A stretch of DNA of 64,000 bases, taken from contig CAWBZV010000011.1 in NCBI GenBank assembly GCA_963793305.1, forward strand, positions 1-64,000, written 5' to 3'. A program made the translations under genes and the position numbers. Each line of letters begins with the position of its first letter. Positions within the stretch are counted from its first letter, which is position 1. The notes under the pieces are model-generated. The model worked only from the letters and a program-made list of their open reading frames with translations, was not told the origin of the DNA and did not search any database. Source of the DNA: an uncultured Gemmatimonadales bacterium (GTDB taxonomy: Bacteria > Gemmatimonadota > Gemmatimonadetes > Gemmatimonadales > Gemmatimonadaceae). Below are positions 10,961 to 23,602 of the stretch, piece by piece.

Positions 10961-12280
10961 GTGAGTCTCTCGCCGTCCTCACCCTCATCGCCTTTTGCTC
11001 CTCGAGCTTTGCAGATTCAACGGTCCCTCAGCTGCCACCGGCGCCGGGACCGGCTACGGGGCTCGCGGATTCCGCGGCGCTCCGCGCGACCGTGTTCGGC
11101 ACGCCGCCGCAGGATATCGGCCCACTGCCCGATACGGTGCCGATGCTCGAGATGGACATCGCGTTGCCGTGGCGGCAGCCGGTGCCGCAGATCTTCTGGT
11201 TCGATAAGCGGCTGCGGGTGGTTGTCGCCCAGAAGAAGCCCGCACCCCTCGCCATCGTCATCTCGGGGACCGGGGAGCGATGCCAATACCGCGAAGCTTT
11301 CCGTGTTGCGAGCCATTCTCTATGGCGCCGGCTATCACGTGCTCGACCGTGCCGTCGCCCACGTTTCCGGGTTCATCGTGGCCGCCTCGAGCACCGGCGT
11401 CGCCGGCGACCTCATGCAGGACGGTCACGACCTGTACGCCGCGATCGACCAGATCGTCGCTCACTTGCCTCGCAAAGTGCGCATCACCGATGTCGATGTG
11501 CTCGGCTACAGTCTCGGCGGAGCGAATGCGGCGATCATCAAATCGATCGACGCCACCGAGCATAAGCTGCATATTCATCGCGCGCTGATGTACGACCCGC
11601 CGGTCAGCCTGTTCGCGACGATCGGCCGACTCGATAAGCTGTACGCGGTTTCGCTGGGTGACGGCGACGCCGGCATCGAGCGCTTTTATCAGCAGCTCTA
11701 TGCCCAGCTCGCCAATGCTTACCGCGCCAGCGGGCGGGTCGAGCTCGATGAGGAGTTCCTGTTGGGCGCCGCCGCCGCCGTACTGAAGACCGATGCGCAA
11801 TTCGCGCCGCCATCGCGCTGTCCTTTCGCATCGCGCTCTCGAACGTATTCCTCGCCGGGGATATGTATTCCGGCGCGGGCGTGGTGACCGATCCGGCCCA
11901 TCCGCCCAAGGTGGGCGATTCGTTGCAGGAGACCGCTCGGGTTCTGCGCAGCAAGACCTTCGCCGAGTATTTCACGCGCGTCTTCGCGCCTTACTATCTC
12001 AAACGCCTGCCGAACGCCACGGTCGATTCGCTCATCGCGCAAAACCGGCTCGATGTGATCGGCGATCAGCTGCGCACGGATCCCGACTACTATTGCTTGA
12101 CCAACAGCGACGATCTGATCCTCGATCACGCGGAGCTCGGCTGGCTGGAGAAAACCTTGGGTACGCGCATCGCCGTCTACGATCATGGCGGGCATCTCGG
12201 CAATCTCGGCGATCACCAGCAAGCGGCGGGACATGCTCACCATGCTGGACGGCCGATGGCAGGGAGGCAAGCTATGGCGA
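10961..12280 (+). CDS. Exported alpha/beta-hydrolase-fold protein (frameshifted; ends approximate)
   Basis: GYSLGG nucleophile elbow, NSDDLIL, GGHLGNL. Confidence 0.7.
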
Positions 12281-13182
12281 CCCGCATCGGCTGCGCCGCC
12301 GCGGTGCTTGTGCTCGCCGGATGCGCGACGCGCGAAGTGCAATTCCATCACTGGCCGGCCGAAACGCCCGCGGCCAACAACAAGGCGGACATCGCGCGCA
12401 TGCAGGGGTTGCAGGCGGCCGCCGCGGCCGCCGCGACGCTGGCGACTCCGCAGGCGTCCGACCAGCCGGGGCTCGGCTGCAACCGCCGTCTCCGCCGGGT
12501 GAAGCCCGGCGATGCGCCGTCCCTCAAGACTTACGATCCGTGGGCACGCCTCAACCGCTTTACCTACCGATTCAGCGCCCGCTTCGACGAGGCGCTCTTT
12601 CTACCGGTGGCAAACGGCTATCGGCGCTTCGTGCCCGCAGGGCTGCGCGGCGGCGTGCACAGCTTCTTCGCCAACCTCACCGAGATCGACAGCGTGATCA
12701 ATTACACGCTGCAAGGGCGCCTGCATAGAACCGTGCGCAGCTTCGGCCGATTCGTGATCAACACGACGCTCGGGATCGGGGGACTGTTCGACATTGCGGC
12801 GAGGTTCAACCTGCCGTACGAGCCGACCGGATTCGGCACCACGCTGGCGAGATGGAGCATGCATCCCGGCCCCTATCTGGTCATTGCGCGGTTGGGGTCC
12901 CTCTGACGTTCCGCTAGGGCGTGGGTTATGCCGTCGACTACGGCACTGACTATGCGATCAACTTCGGCGATCTGTACCGGGGCGATCAATCCTGGGATCG
13001 GGGTTGTCAACGCCGTCGATCAACGCGCGAATGTCGATTTTCGCTATTACTCGACGGGCTCGCCGTTCGAATACGAGACCATTCGCTTCCTGTACATGCG
13101 CAAGCAGTTGATCGAGGACGCAGGATTGCACAAGAGCAAGCCGGTTCCGAAGCCCAAGCCCGACGAGCCCGCCGGAAAATGA
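12274..13182 (+). CDS. mlaA: VacJ/MlaA-family lipoprotein (frameshifted)
   Basis: Lipobox LAGC, YDPWARLNR, RFVINTTLGIGGLFD, PGPYLV. Confidence 0.88.
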
Positions 13183-14492
13183 CGCTGAACGCGGCTCCTG
13201 CCTTTCGCATTCGCTCGCGCATGTTTTCGTTTCTCTTCGGGTTCGGCTCTCTCGCTTACATACAGCAAAAGTCCATCACCGTCGCTGCCGGCGCCGATGA
13301 TGCCGGATTTCGGCCTGAGTGAGCTCGAGATCGGCTACATCGAGCAGTCGTTCGTCTTCGGGTACGCCCATCTCCAGATGCCGGGTGGCGTCCTTGGCCG
13401 CGCTTCGGTGCGCGGCTCACCTTCGTGCTCATCGGACTCTTGGCCTTCGTCGCGACAATTGTGACGCCGATCGTGCCCGCGTTCTTGAGCGGCGCGGGGT
13501 TGTTCGTCGCGCTCTACACCGCTCAGCTCGTTCTCGGTCTCTCACAGGGCGCGATCTTTCCGGTGTCCGCGGGCGTCTTTGAGGCGTGGTTTCCCCCGAA
13601 GCGCTGGGCGTTCGTGCAGGGACTGCAGACCATGGGCCTCAACTTCGGCCTGGCTGACGCCGCCGCTCATCGTCACGCTCAGCTTACGGCTCGGCTGGCG
13701 GCAGGCCCTCATCTGGAGCAGCATGCCGACGCTCGCGCTCATCGCGCTCTGGGGCTGGTACGGCCGCAACACGCCGCGCGAGCATCCGTCGATGTCGGAG
13801 CAGGAGCTCGAGGAGATCGGCAGCCCGCCGAAGGCGCACGCCTCGATCACCTTGAGGCAGCTCCTGCCGCTCATCGCCAATCGCAACGTGCTGCTGCTGT
13901 TCTTCTCGTACATGTGCATGAACTACACGTTCTATTTGCTCTCGAACTGGGTGTTTCTCTATCTGATCCAGGAGCGCCATTTCTCCGCGCTCGACAGCAG
14001 CTGGCTGGCCATGGCGCCGCCGCTTGGGGCTGCGGTCGGCGCGGGACTGGGCGGCATCGCGACGGGTCTTCTCACCCAGCGGTTCGGCAATCGATGGGGC
14101 TTCGCATCGTGCCCTTCGGTGCGATGACCTCCGCAGCGATACTCCTGCTGCTCGCGGTCAACGCCTCGAATCCTTATTTCGCGCTGACTGCGCTTTCGCT
14201 GTGTTTCCTGGCGGTCGAGCTCACGGAGGGATCCGTTTTGGGGCGCGGCCATGATGGTGGGCGAGGGGGACAGCATGGCGGTCTGCGGATTCATGAATAC
14301 CGGCGGCAACCTCGGCGGAATCATCGGCTTGCCGATCGTGGCCTATTTCACCGAGCGCCACGCCTGGCACACCGCGTTCTTCATCGGTGCGGGTTTCGCG
14401 ATCCTGAGTGCCGCCTCCTGGCTTCAGTTCGCGTGACCGGCTCGCCCGAGGCCGCCGCTGCGCAGCTCACCCCGCAAGCGGCGAGCGCATGA
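13179..14492 (+). CDS. MFS transporter, ACS-like (frameshifted)
   Basis: Multiple TM segments, WFPPKRWA, GWRQAL, GFMNTGGNLGG. Confidence 0.85.
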
Positions 14493-15261
14493 AGACCGTC
14501 GTCGTCACCGGCGCCGCCCAAGGCGTCGGGTACGCCGCCGCCTCGCTGTTGGCCCGGCTCGGATATCGAGTCGTCCTGATGGACTTGAAGCCGCTCGATG
14601 CGCGCGTGCGGCAGTTGCAGGAGACGGGTACGAACGCCGTCGCTATTTCCGGCGACGTGGCCTCGGAGCTCTTCGTGCGCGATCTCGCCGAGCGGCTCGC
14701 GAGCGACTACGGCGCGCCCGATGCACTGGTCAACAACGCCGGCATCAGTCTGATCGCGCCCGCCGAGAGCACCTCGGCGGACCAATGGCAGCACGTCATG
14801 AACGTCAATCTCTTCGGGCCGTTTCTCTTGTGCAAATACTTGGGCGCGCAAATGTTGTCCCGCGGCCGCGGCAGCATCGTCAACGTCGCCTCGGTCGCGG
14901 GCCTCGCCGGGATCGCCCATCGCAGCGCGTACAACGCGTCCAACACGGCCTCATCGGCTTGACGCGGACATTGGCGGCGGAGTGGGGCGGGCGCGGCGTC
15001 CGGGTCAATGCGGTGTGTCCCGGTTGGATTAAGACCGAGATGGACGTGGCGGACCAGGGCGGCGGTGCCTACTCGGATGCGGACATCGTGAATCGCGTGC
15101 CCATGGCGCGCTTCGCGAGCGCGGAGGACGTGGCGCAGGCAATCGCCTTGCTCCTCGACGAGGAGCGCTCGGCGTTCATCAACGGAGTCGCGCTTCCCGT
15201 CGACGGGGGCTGGATCGCCGACGGCGGATGGGAGAGCTTGCGGGTACGCGCCCGGAGCTGA
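14489..15261 (+). CDS. Short-chain dehydrogenase/reductase (one frameshift)
   Basis: VVTGAAQGVG, LVNNAG, AYNAS, VRVNAVCPG, VDGG. Confidence 0.92.
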
Positions 15262-15265
15262 CGCC

Positions 15266-16484
15266 GTGTGGCTGCGAGAAACCTCCCCGGCCGAGCGGCA
15301 TACGCTGATCGCCGCATGCCTGGGCTACGGCCTCGACGGCTTCGATTTCATGATCTACACCTTCATCATCCCGACACTCCTCGCGGTGTGGCACATGACG
15401 AAGGCGCAGGCGGGCTACATCGCCACGGGAGCGCTGATCACTTCGGCGGTCGGCGGATGGGCCGCGGGCGTCCTGGCCGATCGCTACGGCCGGGTGCGCG
15501 TCTTGCAGTGGACCGTCGCCTGGTTCGCGGTGTTCACCGCCTTGAGTGGATTCACGCACTCCTATCACGCGCTGTTCTTCACGCGCGCGCTGCAGGGCTT
15601 CGGCTTCGGCGGCGAATGGGCCGTCGGCTCGGTGCTGATCGCCGAGACCATCGCGGCTCGCCATCGCGGCAAGGCTTCAGGGCTCGTGCAGAGCAGCTGG
15701 GCGATCGGCTGGGCGGCGGCAGCGCTCAGCTTTGGCGGCTTGTACGCGCTCATGCCGGCCGAGCTCGCCTGGCGGGTGCTCTTCTGGCTCGGCATAGCCT
15801 CCGGCACTGCTCATCGTCTATGTGCGGCGGCGCGTGCCGGAATCCGCGGTATACGCGAGTGCGCGAGAGCGTCGCGCCGGGGCGCACTTTCTGGATATTT
15901 TTACACGGCCGCTCTGCCGCACGACGGTGCTCGCGAGCTTGTTGTGCACCGGGATGCTCGGGGCGTACTACGCGGTGAACACGTGGCTGCCGACGTATCT
16001 GTCGACTGAGCGTCATCTGTCGGCGGGCGGCACCTCGATGTATCTACTGGTCCTGATCGCCGGCTCGTTTGCCGGTTATCTCAGCGCGGCGTGGCTGTCC
16101 GATGTGCTCGGCCGGCGGCGCTGCTTCATGCTGTTCGCCGCGGCCGGAGCCGTTCTCGTCCTCGTCTACACCTGGGCGGCAGTGACCGATGCCGAGATGC
16201 TGGCGCTCGGGTTTCCGCTGGGATTTTTTCAGTCGGGTATATTCTCGGGCATGGGGGCGTATCTCTCGGAGCTCTATCCGAGCAGCGTGCGCGGCTCCGG
16301 ACAAGGCTTCTCCTACAGCGCCGGGCGTGCGGCGGGAGCTCTGTTTCCGGCCATCATCGGCGCGGCGAGCACGCATGCATCGCTCGCGGCCTGCATCGGT
16401 GCGACCACCGCGGCGGGCTATGGCCTGGTCATCGTCGCCGCCTGGGTGTTGCCCGAGACGCGCGGACGGGTGTTGAGTCCGTGA
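15266..16484 (+). CDS. MFS transporter (one frameshift)
   Basis: [39 protein letters not shown]. Confidence 0.92.
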
Positions 16485-19400
16485 CCCCGGCACGCCGCGA
16501 TCGCTGGCAATTCTGGGTGGACCGGGGAGGCACGTTCACGGATATCGTGGCGCGCGCGCCCGACGGCGCGCTGTCGACGTTGAAGCTGCTCTCCGATGAC
16601 CCCGCGCACTACGAGGACCCCGCGGTCGAGGGCATCCGGCGCATTCTCGGCCTGCGCGACGGCGAGCCGATCTCGCCCGCGCAGGTCGAGTCCGTGAAAA
16701 TGGGCACGACCGTCGCCACCAACGCGTTGCTCGAGCGGCGCGGCGAGCCCACGGTGCTCGTCACGACCCGCGGATTCCGCGACGCCCTGCGTATCGCGAC
16801 GCAAGCACGGCCGCGGCTGTTCGCGCGGCACATCGTGCTGCCGGAGCTCCTCTACGCGAGCGTGATCGAGGCCGACGAGCGCGTCGATGCCCGCGGCGGT
16901 CGTCATCACCGCGCTCGACGGCGGCGGCTCTCGAGCGCGCTCTCGAGCGCGCCCGTGGCGCGGGCCTTCGCGCCTGTGCGATCGTGTTCTTGCATTCCTA
17001 TCGCGCGCCGGCTCACGAGCTCGAGGCCGAGGCCTTGGCGCGGCGCGTGGGCTTCACGCAGATATCGGTGTCGCATCGCGTGAGCCCGCTGATGAAGCTG
17101 GTGCCGCGCGGCGATACCACCGTGGTGGACGCCTATCTCTCGCCCATTCTGCGCCGCTACGTGGAGCGCGTGGCCGCGCAGATGCCGGGCGTGCGTCTGC
17201 TGTTCATGCAAAGCTCGGGCGGCCTCACGGAGGCGGGACGCTTTCAGGGGAAGGATGCGATCTTGTCGGGCCCGGCGGGCGGGATCGTCGGCATGGCCGA
17301 ATGCGCGCGCGCGGCGGGACACACCCGGTTGATCGGATTCGACATGGGCGGCACCTCGACCGACGTGAGTCACTACGCCGGGCGAGTACGAGCGCGTCTT
17401 CGACACCGAAGTGGCGGGTGTGCGCGTGCGCGCTCCCATGATGAGCATTCACACCATCGCGGCGGGCGGAGGATCCATCATTCGCTTCGACGGAGTCGCG
17501 TCTGCGCGTCGGCCCCGAATCCGCGGGCGCCGATCCGGGGCCCGCGTGTTATCGCCGCGGCGGCCCGCTGACCATCACCGATGCGAACGTGTTGCTCGGG
17601 CGCATTCATCCGCGAGCATTTTCCGAAGGTTTTCGGTCCCGACGGCCGCCAGCCGCTCGATCGGACCGCGGCGGAGTCGCGTTTCGGCGAGCTCGCGCAG
17701 CGCATGAGCGCGAGTGCGGGCTTCGCCATCGGCCGCGAGGAGGCCGCGGCGGGTGCCTTGCGGATCGCGGTCGGCAGCATGGCGAACGCGATCAAGCGCA
17801 TCTCCGTGGCGCGCGGTTACGACGTGACGCGCTACACCCTGCAGTGCTTCGGCGGAGCGGGCGGTCAGCACGCCTGCCAGGTGGCGGATGCGCTCGGCAT
17901 CGAGCACATTTTCTGTCATCCGCTCGCCGGCGTGCTGTCGGCGCTCGGCATGGGGCTCGCCGACCAGATCGCCATGCGCGAGGCGACGCTCGAGAGCGTC
18001 CTCGAGCCCCGCAGGCGTTGCCGAGGCGCGGCGGCTCGCTGGCCGCCTCGCGCGGGAAGCGAGCGCGGCGCTCTCGGCCCAGGGCGTGCCCGCGGAACGC
18101 GTGCGCCGCAAGGCCCGGCTCATGGTGCGCTATCAGGGCACGGACACCGCGTTACCCTGCGAGCTGCCCGCCCGGCGACGACGTGGCCGCGATCCGCGCC
18201 GAGTTCGAGGCCGCTCTATCGGCGCCGCTTCGCCTTTCTGATGCCGCAGCTCGATCTCGTGATCGAGTCGGTGACGGTGGAATGCGTCGGCGTGGGAGAG
18301 GGCGTGCAGGCGAGTCGGGCACGCCGATGCCGACGGCCCGGTGCCGCGCCGAGTCCCGCGCCGCCGCGGCTGCGCACGCGACGGTCGACATGTATTGCGC
18401 GGCGGACGATGCAGCCGGCCGGCTGGCGCAGCGGCCTGCTGATCGACGGCGAGGATCTCGCGGCCGGTACCTCGATCGACGGACCGGCGATCATCGCGCA
18501 GCGCAACGCCACCATCGTGGTCGAGCCGGGCTGGCGCGCCCGCGTCACGGCCCTCGGAAATCTCGAGCTCCGCCGAGTTCACGCCCGGCCTGCGGCGCGG
18601 GCGCGGTCGGCACGCGAGGCCGATCCCGTCATGCTCGAAGTGTTCAACAATTTATTCATGAACGTCGCGGAGCAGATGGGCCTCTCGCTGCAGAACACCG
18701 CTCACTCGGTGAACATCAAGGAGCGCTTGGATTTCAGCTGTGCCGTGTTCGACGCGCAGCGGCAATCTCATCGCCAATGCGCCGCACATGCCCGTCCATC
18801 TCGGCTCGATGAGCGAATCGATCCGCACCATCATCGAGGCGAATCCGAGGCTTGCGCCGGGCGAGGCCTATGTGCTGAACGATCCTTATCGCGGCGGCAC
18901 GCATTTGCCGGATATCACCGTGGTCACGCCCGTATTCCTCGACGATGCGGCCGCTCAGGCCGCGCGCCGGCGCGCGTAGCCGGCGCGCCAGCTTTTTCGT
19001 GGCCTCGCGCGGCCATCACGCCGACGTCGGCGGCACGACCCCGGGCTCGATGCCGCCATTCTCCACATCGATCGCCGAAGAGGGGGTGCTGATCGACAAT
19101 CTCAAGCTCCTCGAGGCCGGGCAGCTGCACGAGCAGCAACTTCTCGACCTGCTGACGCAGGGGCCTTACCCGGCACGCAATCCCGCGCAGAATCTCGCCG
19201 ACTTGCGGGCGCAGATCGCCGCCAACGAGAAGGGCGCCCTGGAGCTGCGCGCCATGGTGGCGCAGTTCGGCGCCGATACGGTGGCGCGCTACATGCGGCA
19301 CGTGCAAGACAATGCCGAAGAATGCGTGCGCCGCGTGATCACGGCCTTGAGCGACGGCGAGTTCGTGCTCACGCTCGATAATGGCGCGCGCATCTGCGTC

Positions 19401-20246
19401 GCCGTGCGCGTGGACACCGAGCGGCGCACCGCGCGCATCGATTTCACCGGCACCAGCGCGCAGCTGCCCAACAACTTCAACGCGCCGCGAGCCATCACGG
19501 TGGCCGCGGTTCTCTACGTCTTTCGCACGCTGGTCGACGACGACATTCCGCTCAACGCGGGTTGCTTGAAGCCCCTCGAGATCATCGTGCCCGAAGGCTG
19601 CATGCTGAATCCCAAACCGCCCGCGGCCGTCGTTGCCGGCAATGTCGAGACCTCCAGCTGCGTGACCAATGCGTTGTACGGCGCGCTCAAGGTGATGGCG
19701 GCGAGCCAATGCACCATGAACAACTTCACCTTCGGCAATCACCGCTATCAGTACTACGAGACCATTGCAGGCGGCTCCGGCGCGGGCGCCGGCTTCGACG
19801 GCACGAGCGTCGTGCAGACTCATATGACGAACTCGCGGCTCACCGATCCCGAAGTGCTGGAGTTTCGATTCCCGGTGCGCTTGGACTCGTACGAGATTCG
19901 CGCGGGATCGGGCGGCGCGGGCCGCTGGCGCGGCGGCGACGGCGGGGTGCGGCGCGTGCGCTTTCTCGAGCCCATGACCGCCTCTATTTTGAGTAACGGT
20001 CGCACCCGCGGCGCTTTTGGGATGGCGGGTGGAGAGGACGGTGCGCCCGGCGAGAACCGCATCGAGCGCGCGGACGGAACAGTGGAGATTCTGGGAGCGA
20101 TCGGCCAGAGCGAGATGGGAGCGGGCGATGTGTTCGTGATCTCGACGCCCGGCGGGGGCGGCTACGGCCGGCCCCGGCGGGACATCGAGTTCCTGATCGG
20201 GGTACCATCGAGCGACCACGCAATCGGAGTACTGAGAGTCCTATGA
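16481..20246 (+). CDS. ATP-dependent 5-oxoprolinase/hydantoinase A-B fusion (frameshifted)
   Basis: [61 protein letters not shown]. Confidence 0.93.
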
Positions 20247-21033
20247 GCGATGTTTTTTCACCGACGGTACGCCTGGAAATTCGCGAGCATGTCGCGCATC
20301 TCACCCTGACGCGTGCGGATGCGGCGAACACCATGAATTTGCAATTCGGCCGCGAGTTCGTGGCCGCTGCCTACGCCATACGCAAAAACTCCGACGTACG
20401 GGCCGTGCTGCTGCGGGGCGAAGGCAAGAATTTCTGCTTCGGCGGCGACTTGCGCGGCATGATGGCCGCGGGCGGCAATGTGAATGCTTATTTGACCGGA
20501 GCTTACGACCGACGTGCATGCGGGGTTGCTGCATCTTGCGCGGGCGAGCGCCCCGGTCGTGGCCGCTGTCCAGGGCACGGCGGCGGGAGCGGGCCTGGGC
20601 TCGTGCTCGCGGCGGATCTCGCGATTGCCGGCAAGAGCGCGAAGTTCACGGCCGCCTATACGGCCGTCGGCCTCACGCCGGACGCGGGCAGCACGTTCTT
20701 GCTGCCGCGGGCCGTGGGCTACAAGCGGGCCATGGAAATGTTCATCACCAATCGCGTGCTCGATGCGCAACTGGCGCTCGAGTGGGGTTTGATCAACCAG
20801 ATCGTCGAGGACGCGCAGCTCGCCGACACCGCGGCGGCACTGGCCGCACGCCTTGCGGCGGGTCCCGCGGGCGCGTATCGGCACGGTGAAGCGCCTGTTG
20901 GCGGAGGCCGAACCCGGTTGGGAGGCCCAGCTTGCGCCGCGAGGGGCAGAGCATCGCCGGGCGCGCCGAAACGGCCGAGGGCAAAGAAGGCATTGCAGCG
21001 TTTCTCGAGAAGCGCACGCCGAAATTCACCTGA
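20243..21033 (+). CDS. Enoyl-CoA hydratase/isomerase family (frameshifted)
   Basis: FCFGGDL, AVQGTAAGAG, VGLTPDAG, AFLEKRTPKF. Confidence 0.9.
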
Positions 21034-21073
21034 TCGACGGGCCTTGCTCCGACCTACCCGGCGAGAATTCTAC

Positions 21074-21102
21074 TTGACAGTAGAGTCTACTGCAAATAGG
21101 AT
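21074..21102 (+). promoter_or_regulatory. Sigma70 promoter with an overlapping palindromic operator
   Basis: TTGACA-17 bp-TAGGAT; CAGTAGA-G-TCTACTG at 21078-21092. Confidence 0.7.
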
Positions 21103-21141
21103 ATTGCGCGGGGCTTCGCAACCCGCGTTTGCAGGAGAGCG

Positions 21142-21818
21142 GTGATGAAAGCGGCGAGCGACGATGTCGCGGCAGTCGAATCGGCGCCGGCGGACGCCTC
21201 GCCGTGGCCCGTGCGCAATTCGCGCCAGCGTACCCGCGACGTCAAGCGTGAGGCGGTGATCCGGGCCGCGGCCCGCGCGTTCAGTGAGCGCGGCTATCAC
21301 AACACCTCCATCGACGAGATCGCGGCGGCTCTGAACGTCACCAAGCCCACGATCTACTATTACGTGGCCAACAAAGAGCAGCTTCTGCTCGAGTGCATCT
21401 TGACCGGACTCGAACGCGTGCTGGCGCCGTTTCGTCGGCCGCGTCCCCCCGCGATGAGCGCCCGCGAGCAGCTCAACGAGATCATTCGCCATTACGCGCA
21501 GGCCATCGCGTCCGAGTACGGCGGATGCATGGTGCGCGCCGAGGACTGGGGCTCGCCCCGGCCTCGCTCGCGCGCATCAAGAAACTCAAGTCCGAGATCG
21601 ACCATGCCATCCGGCAGCTTCTCGAGGAGGGCACGCGCGACGGCTCGATCGAGACGCATGATTTGAAGATGAGCGCGTTCGCACTCGCCGGTGCTCTGAA
21701 CTGGATCGCGCACTGGTATCGCGAGAATCAGTCGATGACGGCGGCGAGATCGCGGAGGCGTTCGTGCGCATCTTCAATCTCGGTCTCGCGCCGCGTCGAA
21801 ATCCTGACGTTGTTGTAG
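21142..21818 (+). CDS. TetR-family regulator (frameshifted; end approximate)
   Basis: [45 protein letters not shown]. Confidence 0.9.
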
Positions 21819-21829
21819 GAGCCGAATCC

Positions 21830-22585
21830 ATGAACGCCGTCTCCATCGCCGCAAAACCCGCGCCGTACGTTCCCAAGAACAAGGTCCGCTTCGTCACGGC
21901 CACCGCGCTCTTCGACGGGCACGATGCCTCGGTCAACATCATGCGCCGCATCATGCAGGCGTCGGGGACCGAGGTCATTCACTCTCGGCCATAACCGTTC
22001 GGTGCAGGAAATCGTGAACGCGGCGTTGCAGGAGGACGTGCAGGGCATCGCGGTCACCTCCTATCAGGGCGGTCACGTCGAGTTCTTCAAGTACATGGTC
22101 GACCTGTTGCGGCAGAACGGCGGCGAGAACATCAAGGTGTTCGGCGGCGGCGGCGGCGTCATCGTCGCCAACGAGATCCGCGAGCTCCAGGCCTACGGCG
22201 TGGCGCGTCTTTACTCCCCGGAAGACGGCGCCAAGATGGGCCTGCAGGGGATGATCGACGATGTGATCCGCTTCAGCGATTACGACCTGACGCGTGCTCG
22301 CCCGGCGGAGGGCGACGCGCTCGCGGCGCTGCGCTCGGGTGACCGGCGCCAGCTCGCGCGCATCATCACCGCGGTCGAGAATCGCACCTACGCCATGCGC
22401 GCCCGCCAGGGACTGCTGCAGGCCGCCGCGGCCATCAAGGTGCCCGTCCTCGGCATCACCGGCACGGGCGGTGCGGGCAAATCCTCGCTCACCGACGAGC
22501 TCATTCTGCGGTTGCGTCTCGATCAGGACGATCGCCTGCGCGTCGCCGTCATCTCGATCGATCCCTCGCGCAAGCGCACCGGTGC
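21830..22585 (+). CDS. icmF: Fused isobutyryl-CoA mutase/GTPase, N-terminal part only (cut at junction)
   Basis: [14 protein letters not shown]12 motif, [11 protein letters not shown]-loop GTGGAGKSS; breaks off after DPSRKRTG. Confidence 0.88.
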
Positions 22586-22935
22586 ATAAAGGCGAGCATC
22601 GACCGACCAGAGACCCGGTCCTAACATTGCCAGGGCGGCGGCAGCGGCGGTTCCCAGCATCAGCCAAAGCCACTTATCGCCGGGTAGCATGAGCATCTTC
22701 CAGACTTCAGTCAGGGCAACCGAGACTCCGGCGATAGGTGTCCATAAGCCTGCGATTAACAGGATTCCCGCTCCCAGCAAGAGGATGGCGGGAATCGTCA
22801 CATTCATCGGTGGTGGATCGCTCCGCAGGGTTAAGCCGGCGCGTACCACTAGCGCGGAGCCCGCAACCACGCGCATCAGGAGCAACCCTGTGCCGGGCCA
22901 ACCGCCAGCGAATGTTGAATAGGTGTCGCAAAGAA
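22586..22935 (-). CDS. Small DoxX-like membrane protein, C-terminus cut at junction
   Basis: STFAGGWPGTGLLLMRV, GLWTPIAG, LGPGLWSVDARL. Confidence 0.6.
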
Positions 22936-22989
22936 CGCACTTTCCGCAAGACATCGCTATTCTCTCTTGTTCTGAAATCGCATCGGAAG

Positions 22990-23602
22990 CCCAACCGATG
23001 GCAAAAGCGTGCTGTTCATCTCGAACCGCGGCGGTCACGGCGTGTTCGAGATCTGGTCGGTGCCGCGCCGTGCCGACGGGACGTGGGGCACGCCGTCGTT
23101 CCTCCTCGGCGACACGACGTACATGTTCGCACCGTCGCTGACAACGGGCGGCGTGCTCTATTTCGCGAAGGGCGATAGCATCTATCGCCTGGCGCCGCAT
23201 GGCAAGCCCGAGGCGCTGCCGTTCCCGGGCGGTGATCCGGCGATCATGGCCGACGAGAGCGCGATCGTGTTCGACAATAACGGTGATCTCTACGCGAGTT
23301 GTCGGAAGTCGAGCGGGTGGGGAACACCACGGAAGTTCGGACCGTCGGTCGACTCGCCGGACGAAGAAGGTGACCCGTGGATCTCGGCCGATGGTCGCAC
23401 GATGTACTTCTACAGCAAGCGCTCTAAACCAGCGCCGGACCGCACTCAGCGGCCACGACGGCCGACGTACGCTGAAGTACTGGCTGAAGTGACCAGCGAT
23501 ATCTACAACGGCACACGCAACTTATATAGTGTGGGCTTGCCAGAAAAGAACGATCGGTCGTATTATTGTGCCCATGATGACAAAGGGCACAGCAACCCGT
23601 GA
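22990..23602 (+). CDS. PD40/TolB-like beta-propeller protein, N-terminally truncated
   Basis: DGKSVLFISNR and DPWISADGRTMYFYS repeats; no start or signal peptide visible. Confidence 0.7.
23537..23566 (+). promoter_or_regulatory. Promoter and operator of the tetR gene, probably leaderless
   Basis: TTGCCA-18 bp-TATTAT with the near-palindrome ACGATCGGTCGT in the spacer; ATG 7 nt downstream. Confidence 0.6.
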
